From a virus (Duplodnaviria; Caudoviricetes): a stretch of 26,898 bases of DNA. A program made the position numbers and the translations under genes. The notes beneath the pieces were generated by a model, which was given only the letters and a program-made list of their open reading frames with translations, was not told the origin of the DNA and did not search any database. The stretch lies in the IMG/VR virus record IMGVR_UViG_3300008459_000311, positions 1 to 26,898 of that record; one strand, 5' to 3'. This document shows, in pieces, positions 1 through 7,969 of the stretch. Position 1 is the first letter of the stretch. The number at the start of each line of letters is the position of its first letter.

Positions 1-599
1 TGTGTGTAAAAATGTTGAGACAAATCATCATAAATTCTTAATGCCATTTCCAAATTTCCATTACATATACCAACAGCAACCCTCATATACATGTATTGTG
101 GTCTTTCAACAATTCGTTTACCAACCTTTAAAAGGTATGAACGTTCTAAAGTTTTAAAACCAAAATAATCAAAATCTAAATCTCTTTCTTGTCTAACCGC
201 ACCATCTAACGCCTCTTTATTTTGTTGAACAAATTGAAAAACCTCATCAGATATTAATGTAGATTCTTTTCCTGTTTTTGGTTCAATAAAAGAATATAAC
301 TCTTTAATTGCTTGTGAGAATTTTTTTGGTGTGGTTTTATGTAAATTCGAGACCGCTAGTCTTCCCGCTAATTTTGCATAATCAGAATGACTGGTTACTA
401 ATGATGCCGCGGTTTCTGCTGCCAATACATCCAACTCGGTCGTTGTGATACCGTCATAGATACCTTGTGTAACTTTCAATGTGATTAAAGTTGGGTCAAT
501 ATATTCAGTGTTTAAATCATCACAGAAATTTTGTATCCTTCTTGTAATCTTATCATATCTCATCTCCTCAAAGGAACCGTCTCTTTTTTTTACTTTCAT
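1..599 (-). CDS. nrdA: Ribonucleoside-diphosphate reductase alpha subunit, class Ia (N-terminal part; runs off the left edge)
   Basis: Not in the ORF track. Manual translation from ATG at 599 gives MKVKKRDGSFEEMRYDKITRRI...KVTQGIYDGITTTELDVLAAETAASL...HSDYAKLAGRLAVSNLHK (ATP-cone) ...FDYFGFKTLERSYLLK...ERPQYMYMRVAVGI. Directly downstream of nrdB. Confidence 0.96.
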   Translation of the reverse strand, partial: MKVKKRDGSFEEMRYDKITRRIQNFCDDLNTEYIDPTLITLKVTQGIYDGITTTELDVLAAETAASLVTSHSDYAKLAGRLAVSNLHKTTPKKFSQAIKELYSFIEPKTGKESTLISDEVFQFVQQNKEALDGAVRQERDLDFDYFGFKTLERSYLLKVGKRIVERPQYMYMRVAVGICNGNLEMALRIYDDLSQHFYT

Positions 600-611
600 T
601 TCTTTAATTAA

Positions 612-1586
612 TTAAAAATCAATATCTCCAATATTTGTTATGTCTTCAATAGACGATGCGTTTGTAACACCGGCTTTTTGATATTCTGCAACCCTTTTTT
701 CAAAAAAGTTTGTTTTACCTTGTAAAGCAATGTTTTGCATAAAATCAAATGGGTTTTCTGAATTATACACTTTTGAACAATTTAATGATGTAAGTAATCT
801 ATCAGTAACAAACTCAAGATACTGAGCCATTAAATCAGAATTCATACCAATTAACCTAACCGGTAATGCTTCAAGAATAAATTCTTTTTCAATTTCAAGA
901 GCCCCACAAATAATTTCTCTAATTTTTTCTTCACTTAATTTTTTGTCGATGTGATTATTATTTAAGTGACACGCAAAATCACAGTGCATTCCCTCATCAC
1001 GAGAAATCAACTCATTTGAGAATGTTAATCCTGGCATTAAACCACGTTTCTTAAGCCAAAAAATTGAACAAAATGAACCGGAAAAGAAAATACCTTCAAC
1101 CGCGGCAAATGCTACAAGTCGTTCAACAAATGAATCAGAGTTAATCCATTTGATTGCCCATTCAGCTTTCTTTTTGATGGCAGGAATTGTTTCAATTGCA
1201 TTGAACAAAAGATTTTGTTCTTCTTTGTCCTTAATGTAGGTGTCAATTAAAAGGGAATATGTTTCACTATGTATGTTTTCCATCATAATTTGGAAACCAT
1301 AGAACATTTTTGCTTCCGTATATTGAACTTCATTGACAAAATTTAATGCTAAATTCTCATTCACGATACCGTCAGATGCTGCGAAAAACGCTAATACATG
1401 TTTAATGAAGTGTTGTTCATCTTCATTTAATTTGTTTTCCCAATCATAAATGTCTTGTGCTAAATCTATTTCTTCAGCTGTCCAAAAACATGCTTCTTGT
1501 TGTTTATACAACTTCCAAATGTCGTGGTGTTCAATTGGAAAAAGGACGAAACGTCCAGGATTTTCTTTCAAAATCTTTTCACTCAT
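612..1586 (-). CDS. nrdB: Ribonucleoside-diphosphate reductase beta subunit, class Ia
   Basis: [31 protein letters not shown] (ExxH plus radical Tyr), [16 protein letters not shown] and KTNFFEKRV are canonical di-iron R2 motifs. Confidence 0.97.
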   Translation of the reverse strand: MSEKILKENPGRFVLFPIEHHDIWKLYKQQEACFWTAEEIDLAQDIYDWENKLNEDEQHFIKHVLAFFAASDGIVNENLALNFVNEVQYTEAKMFYGFQIMMENIHSETYSLLIDTYIKDKEEQNLLFNAIETIPAIKKKAEWAIKWINSDSFVERLVAFAAVEGIFFSGSFCSIFWLKKRGLMPGLTFSNELISRDEGMHCDFACHLNNNHIDKKLSEEKIREIICGALEIEKEFILEALPVRLIGMNSDLMAQYLEFVTDRLLTSLNCSKVYNSENPFDFMQNIALQGKTNFFEKRVAEYQKAGVTNASSIEDITNIGDIDF

Positions 1587-1602
1587 ATTAATAAAATTTT
1601 TT

Positions 1603-2979
1603 TTAGTTACGGTTTAAAACTTCTTGTCTCTTAATAAACGCCTCTCTTGCTCGAGTCTGATTATTTTTTTCTTTGTCTTCTTTGTGACCAAGAAGTGTTG
1701 TTTGTGTTTCGGTATCGATGTGTAAAAATTTGTTATCAAATTTACAGTTATTCCAAATAATACCATCCTGACCAATACGTGATTTTAGTAAGGTCATAGT
1801 TGCTAAGCTGTGTTCTTTTTGTTCAAGTGTTTTACCAACCGATAAAACAACGTGACCAATTTGTGCCTTTTTAATTGAACCACCCATTTGGTCGGTAGTA
1901 ACAACCTCTGAAGAAATTGACTCCCTATTACCTTGAGTTGCCGTCCAGATTGCGATATCAAATTCACCTGTCATTGATTCAAGACTTCTCATTACAGAAC
2001 CCTCTCCTTTCCATTCTTCACCGAAACTACTTCTATCAGGTGATATACAATCAACATAGTCAATCACCAAAAGGTCTAATTTTTTTCCATCAGATAGGTG
2101 TTTTCTTATTCTTGATTTAATTTCGGATATTGTTACGGAATCACTTGGTAATTTAATAATACTAAGAGACCCTTTACTTCTTTGTTGAACCTCCTCAACA
2201 ATTTGTTTAACTTCCTCTTTTCTTTCGGGTTGTTCGTCAGGTTCAATACCTGACCAAATTGTAAAGTGTTTCTTTTTAATGTTTGCGGGATTATCCTCAA
2301 AAAATATCTGTAGAACATTAAAATCGTGATTATACCCTGTGTTTGAAAATAAGGTAAGTAGAGTAGTTTTACCAGTACCTGTAGGTGCTAAAACTACACC
2401 TAATTCTCCTCTGGCCAATCCACCTTTTAACGCCGAATCTACACCATTTATTCCTGTTGGTATAGCCTGTCTATTGTCCTTTTCTAATGCTGAGTCAATA
2501 TCGTGAAACACGTCCATTGATTCTTCAGGTGGGAGACCTACTTCAAGTGCTTTTTGAATAATTCCTTCGATAGTTGGGTATTCATGGAACGCACCATTAT
2601 CGATAATTGAATTAATCCTTTTTAATTCTTTTCTGAGATTCTGTTGTTTACAGAAATTTAACGCTTCGTCCTTAACTAAGGAACTATCTTGAGTATTCTC
2701 CTTGATTGATTCAAGGGTGTCCAAATGGATTCTAGCGTTTTCTTGAGACCCCATTTCAGAAGTTATTTTAAGTGCCAAACTTTCATAGTTTGGTATCTTA
2801 GAATATTTCTTGTAGTACTCTTTTATGTGTTCAGAAATAAATCTAAAAGAAACGTTATCAAAGTACTTGCTCTCGATTACATCAATAATTTGCTCCCCGT
2901 ATTTTTTTTCCTCGATAATCGCTTTAATTAATGATTGTTGGAATGATGTTCCGAGTGTTCCAAAGTTCTTTTCTGTCAT
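1603..2979 (-). CDS. DnaB/gp41-like replicative helicase (SF4)
   Basis: Walker [15 protein letters not shown] (catalytic Glu), Walker [17 protein letters not shown], Arg finger LKSR. Confidence 0.9.
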   Translation of the reverse strand: MTEKNFGTLGTSFQQSLIKAIIEEKKYGEQIIDVIESKYFDNVSFRFISEHIKEYYKKYSKIPNYESLALKITSEMGSQENARIHLDTLESIKENTQDSSLVKDEALNFCKQQNLRKELKRINSIIDNGAFHEYPTIEGIIQKALEVGLPPEESMDVFHDIDSALEKDNRQAIPTGINGVDSALKGGLARGELGVVLAPTGTGKTTLLTLFSNTGYNHDFNVLQIFFEDNPANIKKKHFTIWSGIEPDEQPERKEEVKQIVEEVQQRSKGSLSIIKLPSDSVTISEIKSRIRKHLSDGKKLDLLVIDYVDCISPDRSSFGEEWKGEGSVMRSLESMTGEFDIAIWTATQGNRESISSEVVTTDQMGGSIKKAQIGHVVLSVGKTLEQKEHSLATMTLLKSRIGQDGIIWNNCKFDNKFLHIDTETQTTLLGHKEDKEKNNQTRAREAFIKRQEVLNRN

Positions 2980-2993
2980 TGTTAATATGTTTA

Positions 2994-3437
2994 TTATAAT
3001 TGATAGTTTAAATAAGTTGTTTCCAATTCTCTAGAAGATAAAATATCAGTTAAATCCGATAAATATCTCTTCAAGTTAGGACGAATGTCTACCGTATATC
3101 TCACTTTTGGGTGAAAAATATTTGCGAGAAACATTCTTTGAATAAATACATCGTCTCCCATCTTAATCTCGAGCAAGAATCTTTCTTTATCATTTTCATC
3201 GTTAGATTCCACACCATCTAAACCGTAAAAATAATCACGATTTTCGTTTAGATAATCCAAAGTTTTTGATTTCAAATCATACGCAATTTCGTCGCAAATA
3301 TATTTAATGTAGTCATGTAAATCTAACGAGCGACGAGATTTAGGGTTATGCTCTTTAACGTTAAAAAAACGTTGGCAGATAATGTTTTTTTCGAGAGTTA
3401 GAAGAAACTCGAATTTTGTTAAGTCTTGATTACTCAT
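2994..3437 (-). CDS. Hypothetical protein (147 aa) in the replication operon
   Basis: ATG-TAA ORF overlapping the exonuclease stop; no motif recognised. Confidence 0.75.
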   Translation of the reverse strand: MSNQDLTKFEFLLTLEKNIICQRFFNVKEHNPKSRRSLDLHDYIKYICDEIAYDLKSKTLDYLNENRDYFYGLDGVESNDENDKERFLLEIKMGDDVFIQRMFLANIFHPKVRYTVDIRPNLKRYLSDLTDILSSRELETTYLNYQL

Positions 3438-4452
3438 TGGTTTTGATTTTTATTATTTTTTTATTTTTTTCTTTTCTTGTTAGTCTTAAAAAGGGATTTA
3501 GAAAATTAATCCACGCATCATCAGATTTTGGGAGTAACAGGAATATCCCATCTTCCATCATCATCTTCATCGTATTTTTGTATGAACGACCTTCAGGGTC
3601 TATTAAATCGTTCATCAAAGAATTTATTGATTCCTTAGCGTTATCAGTTAAAAATGGGTCATCTAAACTTACAATTCTACTATTGACATCAAAAAACTCA
3701 TCACCAAGTACACCGTATTTAGTAACACCAGTAAGTAAATTTTTAACTATGTTATTATCATTGTCTTCCTCAAATAACGTGTTAAACCTTTCTTTTATAA
3801 AATCTATGGTGATTTCTTGAGTCTTAATTTCGGGAACTACATTGATTAATCTTCTAACACCTAAGTTTTTTATACCCGCAATGTTGTCGGATTTATCACC
3901 ACAAATAATCTTAACCAGTTTTATATTCTGAATAAGAATCTGTTCATGGTCATAAACAAACATATCATCCGGTTGATAAATTTTACTGTGCGATGGATTG
4001 TAAAGTTTCGTATTTTCGGACACAAGTTGAGTCAAATCTCCATCAGAAGAAAATATTATCTTTTTTTCTTTTGGGGAATTTTGAGAATAGTAAGCAATCG
4101 CGTCATCAGTTTCACAAAATTCATATTCACCTTGTCTAACAAATAATTCTTCTAAATACTGTTTAACGCGATTGCGTTGTTTACCGTAAGAATGTACTTC
4201 TTCCTCTGTTCTAATTCTAGATTTACGATTTTCTTTGTATTGATGATAATACCTCTTTCTTGTTAAAGAACCGTCTTGACCATCCCAAAATACAACAATT
4301 TTGTCTAAGTGGTGAATTTCTATTGTTCTGCGAAGAGTATTCACAAAATGGTATATTGCACCAATGTGTTCACCTTTGTAAAAATGATTTTTTAAACCAA
4401 AAAAACCAATAGTTAATAAATTATCACCATCTACTAATAGTACGTTAGACAT
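3430..4452 (-). CDS. 5'-3' exonuclease / flap endonuclease (T4 RNase H / PolA N-terminal-like)
   Basis: LLVDGDNL, VFWDG, YKENR, ETDDAIA, SSDGDLTQL and the H3TH motif GDKSDNIAGIKNLG. Confidence 0.92.
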   Translation of the reverse strand: MSNVLLVDGDNLLTIGFFGLKNHFYKGEHIGAIYHFVNTLRRTIEIHHLDKIVVFWDGQDGSLTRKRYYHQYKENRKSRIRTEEEVHSYGKQRNRVKQYLEELFVRQGEYEFCETDDAIAYYSQNSPKEKKIIFSSDGDLTQLVSENTKLYNPSHSKIYQPDDMFVYDHEQILIQNIKLVKIICGDKSDNIAGIKNLGVRRLINVVPEIKTQEITIDFIKERFNTLFEEDNDNNIVKNLLTGVTKYGVLGDEFFDVNSRIVSLDDPFLTDNAKESINSLMNDLIDPEGRSYKNTMKMMMEDGIFLLLPKSDDAWINFLNPFLRLTRKEKNKKIIKIKTNE

Positions 4453-4485
4453 TAATCATTGTTATTGAAGTTTGAACAAAAAAAA

Positions 4486-5484
4486 TTAATCTTCATTATC
4501 ATAGTCGAGTGTTGTTGATTCTGATAATTCAAAATCTAAACCACCCAATTTCTCTTTCCAAAAACTAGAGTATTCCTTTTTATAAGACTCTAACGCTTCT
4601 TTAGAGTCAGAAATGTAACCATTGTGAACAACAATTACCTTACCATCCTTATACCCTAAACCATTAACGTGATTTTTCAATATTGAAATCTTGGTTCTAA
4701 CCGCATATGCGATTTTTCTACCATCTTTAACGGCATCGATGTGGTTAATACCCGATTTTTTCTGATTACCAAAAAGGAAAACAAGTGCAGATGCTAACCA
4801 AAGAGCTTCTCCACCTTTAGCTTTAATTTCAGGTTGTCCAAATGGATTATCCGGTAATTCTACCCACGGTTGATTAACAACAACCATTGTAAGGTAATAT
4901 GGGTTTTCTTTGGTTGGGTAATCTTCTTTTTTAGATTTAGTAATTCTAGCATGGATACCCATACCAATTTTATCCGATAGAACACTTGCGTTGTGTTGTT
5001 TACCACCCTTACCGTCAAATGTCATCTTACAAGGTATTGAACCTACGGAGTCCCAACAAAATAAAATATGCCTTGGAATCTCACCTTTTTCGTGAGCGTC
5101 TATAATTTCATTAACAAAATCGGTTGATTGTTCAATATATTCAAACGAATCATTAAAAATGAAATCACCAACCCATTCTCCGTCAGAGTTTTTCTCAGCC
5201 TGAAAACCTAATTCAAGTGCGTGTTCCCATTTCCATTTTCTTTCTGTAATGATGAGGACAGGTAAGTGACCTTTTCTTTGTGCGTCAACTGCGGCTAAAA
5301 TCATTGCAGTTGTTTTTGATGAGTTAGTGTGACCAAGAAACATGTTAATGTTTCCCATCACGGGTCCGGGTAATCCACATGCGTTGTTAAACGCCTCTCC
5401 ACAGTAATAAAAATTTTCATCTTTATATTTTGTTTTGGTGGAGTATTTTGATATATAATCAAATTCTTTTTTCTTAATTGCCAT
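4486..5484 (-). CDS. RecA/UvsX-like recombinase
   Basis: Atypical P-loop GHTNSSKTT, ITE (catalytic Glu position), Walker B FCWDSVGS, VVNQ, GGEALW, KNHV. Confidence 0.85.
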   Translation of the reverse strand: MAIKKKEFDYISKYSTKTKYKDENFYYCGEAFNNACGLPGPVMGNINMFLGHTNSSKTTAMILAAVDAQRKGHLPVLIITERKWKWEHALELGFQAEKNSDGEWVGDFIFNDSFEYIEQSTDFVNEIIDAHEKGEIPRHILFCWDSVGSIPCKMTFDGKGGKQHNASVLSDKIGMGIHARITKSKKEDYPTKENPYYLTMVVVNQPWVELPDNPFGQPEIKAKGGEALWLASALVFLFGNQKKSGINHIDAVKDGRKIAYAVRTKISILKNHVNGLGYKDGKVIVVHNGYISDSKEALESYKKEYSSFWKEKLGGLDFELSESTTLDYDNED

Positions 5485-5695
5485 AGGTATTTTTGTAAAA
5501 TTCTTGTAGTTTTTCTAACTTATCTGTCGCATTTGCAAGTTTCTCAACGAACTTATTCATTTCCTCCAAATGTTGTGGGTGTTCACCGATTCCAACTGGG
5601 TTTTCCATGTAAATCATTAAAGTCGCCTTGGATTCTGCAATTTCACTCTCATATTTTTTAACGAGAGAATCATACATTAGATTTTTAATTGTCAT
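5474..5695 (-). CDS. Small coiled-coil hypothetical phage protein (73 aa, NPVGIGEHP motif)
   Basis: ORF track; overlaps the recombinase start. Helix-PVGIGEHP-helix pattern recalled from large myoviruses. Confidence 0.75.
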   Translation of the reverse strand: MTIKNLMYDSLVKKYESEIAESKATLMIYMENPVGIGEHPQHLEEMNKFVEKLANATDKLEKLQEFYKNTYGN

Positions 5696-5707
5696 GTTTT
5701 AAATTTT

Positions 5708-5749
5708 AAAAAGTACTTGGACACCACATTAATGCGAATGTCCAAGTAC
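5708..5749 (-). terminator. Putative intrinsic terminator downstream of the SSB gene
   Basis: Perfect 11-bp inverted repeat GTACTTGGACA (5713-5723) / TGTCCAAGTAC (5739-5749), followed on the minus strand by TTTTT. Confidence 0.65.
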
Positions 5750-5762
5750 AAGTTGAGTATTT

Positions 5763-6623
5763 TTAGAATGGTAAATCATCATCTCCGTCAACCTCTTCTT
5801 GAGGATGATAATCAGGAACTGATGTTTTTTGAGTTGGTGTGGATGGTGTAGATGGTGTCATAAATTCTGAATTTTCAGAAGAGTTTGATACCCATTTGCT
5901 AGTTGCGGAATCCCATTTTGGAACTTCTCCTTTAGCAATCATCTCAAGATAGTCTTCAGGTTTTTTAGAATAAACATCTGACCAAGTTAAATCATCACTC
6001 AACCAAGTGTCTGAAATACTTTTTTCATTGTGTAATGGACTTTGGTCTTCAGGGATAATAGAGGTGATTGTTGTGTACTCTCTACCATTACCCGATTTAG
6101 TTAAATTTAAATTGATGACAAGGTCTCTACCTTTTTCGGGGTCAGTAATATCACCTTTGTTTTTGAAAAGAGGGAAAATTTTATCTAACACACCCTCATT
6201 TTTAGTGTTGTGTTTAAAACGCCAGAATTTTACACCGTCTTGTTCGTTTTCTCTGTCGATAACCTTCACAATGTAAAATTTACGAGAACGGTATTGACGA
6301 GCCAATACTTTATCTGACTCCACTCCGGTCATCATTAAACCTTCGTGAACTTCATTAAGTGGTGAACGCTTACCTTCTTGTTTAGGGTCATAAAGTTTTA
6401 CCCAGTTTCCGTCTACTTGAACTTCGTGAAAGTAAACTTCAACAAATGGACTTCCACCATTTGATGCTGGTAGGATTCGAATTCGTTTCTCACCACTGCG
6501 TGCACCTTTCGGTAATACCGTAGTGAAATACTTTTTCATTCTGTCTTCTTGAGACACCTTGTTACTGTTGCCGCTCGCGGCGTTTTTGTTGTACTGTGCC
6601 AGTACTGCTTCTAATGTTGACAT
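5763..6623 (-). CDS. Single-stranded DNA-binding protein, T4 gp32-like, with acidic DDDLPF tail
   Basis: RIRILP..PFVEVYFH, RKFYIVKVIDR..GVKFWRF, DITDPEKGRDL. Start most likely MSTLEAV (ATG at 6623), not the TTG at 6689, which lies inside a hairpin. Confidence 0.82.
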   Translation of the reverse strand: MSTLEAVLAQYNKNAASGNSNKVSQEDRMKKYFTTVLPKGARSGEKRIRILPASNGGSPFVEVYFHEVQVDGNWVKLYDPKQEGKRSPLNEVHEGLMMTGVESDKVLARQYRSRKFYIVKVIDRENEQDGVKFWRFKHNTKNEGVLDKIFPLFKNKGDITDPEKGRDLVINLNLTKSGNGREYTTITSIIPEDQSPLHNEKSISDTWLSDDLTWSDVYSKKPEDYLEMIAKGEVPKWDSATSKWVSNSSENSEFMTPSTPSTPTQKTSVPDYHPQEEVDGDDDLPF

Positions 6624-6661
6624 AATAATTGATTTTAAATTGTTAAACTGTTTGTATGTAA

Positions 6662-6689
6662 AGTATAAATAAAAAAAGTCAGACTTCAA
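6662..6689 (-). promoter_or_regulatory. Candidate promoter for the SSB/replication operon
   Basis: Minus strand TTGAAG-N16-TATACT, overlapping a TATTTATA motif (6664-6671), about 40 nt upstream of the SSB ATG. Confidence 0.4.
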
Positions 6690-6699
6690 AATCTGACTT
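6671..6699 (-). terminator. Putative intrinsic terminator after the Dps-like gene
   Basis: AAGTCAGA (6676-6683) / TCTGACTT (6692-6699) stem followed by a T-run on the minus strand. Confidence 0.6.
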
Positions 6700-6727
6700 G
6701 TATTTTTTTCAAAAAAAGTTCAAACTC

Positions 6728-7114
6728 TTACTCTAGAGTTAAAAGATACAATAATTTATTCAATAAACCAACCATCTCATCTCTTAAATTTAAAAGGTCG
6801 GTATCTCTTGTTTCGTCTAAATCGGAGGAAAACTCTATTAATGCATCGACACATGTCTTTATCATGTCCGAAGGGTTCATCTCAGATAAATTTATAAGTG
6901 TGATATTTTTTGTATCATCATCCAACACAAATCTACCGTATTTACCCATTGATGATTCTACAAACTCATCGATTAGTTCTCCTAAATCATCATATGCGTC
7001 ACCAAACGCTTTGTGTCTTGCGAGACCTTTGGTTTGCCAATGATTTATTTTTAATTGTGTTTGTAAACCCAATAAGAAATTTATCTTAGAAGTTAAATTC
7101 ATCTTCATCCCCAT
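6728..7114 (-). CDS. Dps/ferritin-like four-helix-bundle protein (DUF5856-like)
   Basis: QLKINHWQTKGLARHKAFGDAYDDLGELIDEFVES resembles the Dps H-W...H...D-x3-E pattern. The start may be MNLTS (7102). Confidence 0.75.
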   Translation of the reverse strand: MGMKMNLTSKINFLLGLQTQLKINHWQTKGLARHKAFGDAYDDLGELIDEFVESSMGKYGRFVLDDDTKNITLINLSEMNPSDMIKTCVDALIEFSSDLDETRDTDLLNLRDEMVGLLNKLLYLLTLE

Positions 7115-7715
7115 TAAAACTATTTCTTATGATGTCAGTAGAATAATCATCGATGTCTTGTTTTGTCAAAACATATTCATTTTTACCCGATTGTGCCATT
7201 TCTGGTTGTTTCTGAGCAAAAAACTGTTGTGGGTTCTGATTGAATGGGTATGAATCTAAAGAACGTAACTCAAGTTTTTCTTGAGGTGTTTTTTCTTTCA
7301 TAGTGTCCATCTTTTGACCCAATTCATCAATTTTATTCATAACCATGTCCATTTGAGATAGTTTATTCTCTAAGTCGGTTAGTTTGGTGAAAACGGTATC
7401 CATTTTACCAGCAACCTCTGTACTATCAGATTTACTATCATCCAAATCTTTTTTAATTGATTTGGTCATGTTAACTAAGTCTGTGATATCAATTTCTTCA
7501 GTATCATCGACAGGTGCTGACATATCTTCTGGTGCAGGTGCTGCAACATCAGTTGGTGCCGGTGGTGGAATATCTCCTTCCGCTCCCATATCAGGTGCTG
7601 GTGGTGCAATATCAGGTGGTGGTACTTCACCTTGTTCCATTAAAGTCTTTGCATACTTATTAATCGCATTATATCTTGCGAGTTCTTCCATTAATGTTTT
7701 TTCTAATTTTTTCAT
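7086..7715 (-). CDS. Hypothetical acidic, Pro-rich / coiled-coil protein (209 aa)
   Basis: ORF track. N-terminal LMEE/LMEQ, PPPDIAPPAP low-complexity segment and heptad region; C-terminal LELRSLDSYPF. Confidence 0.78.
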   Translation of the reverse strand: MKKLEKTLMEELARYNAINKYAKTLMEQGEVPPPDIAPPAPDMGAEGDIPPPAPTDVAAPAPEDMSAPVDDTEEIDITDLVNMTKSIKKDLDDSKSDSTEVAGKMDTVFTKLTDLENKLSQMDMVMNKIDELGQKMDTMKEKTPQEKLELRSLDSYPFNQNPQQFFAQKQPEMAQSGKNEYVLTKQDIDDYSTDIIRNSFNGDEDEFNF

Positions 7716-7717
7716 AG

Positions 7718-7924
7718 TTAATCTTGTAAAAGTTGTCTACCGTCTTCGGTTATAAATTTTTTATTTAATCTTTCAACAATTCCGTCCTTAGACCTAATGA
7801 CATAACACTCACCGGTCTGTAAATCACATTCCTCTCTTTCCATTCCATCATTTGAAACGGTTCTAATATGTTTGGGGTTACTCATATAGTTGTCCAAACT
7901 TTTATTTATTTTTTCGTTATTCAT
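7718..7924 (-). CDS. Small hypothetical protein with CDLQTGEC motif (68 aa)
   Basis: ORF track; preceded by a TATTTATA motif; stop is 2 nt before the next start. Confidence 0.75.
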   Translation of the reverse strand: MNNEKINKSLDNYMSNPKHIRTVSNDGMEREECDLQTGECYVIRSKDGIVERLNKKFITEDGRQLLQD

Positions 7925-7936
7925 GCCTTTTTCTTT

Positions 7937-7967
7937 TATAAATATCTGTAAAGTTCGAAAACTTACA
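7937..7967 (-). promoter_or_regulatory. Hairpin (TTCG loop) plus TATTTATA leader motif
   Basis: Minus strand TGTAAGTT-TTCG-AACTTTACA-GATATTTATAAAAG...ATG. Confidence 0.45.
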
Positions 7968-7969
7968 TA

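Noticed and set aside
1-5484. Inteins or self-splicing introns in nrdA, nrdB, helicase or recombinase
   Set aside because: Lengths are normal, reading frames are continuous, and no intein or homing endonuclease motifs were seen.
6624-6689. N-terminal extension MKSDFFYLY... of the SSB
   Set aside because: The TTG start lies inside a terminator/promoter region; ATG at 6623 has a typical A-rich leader.
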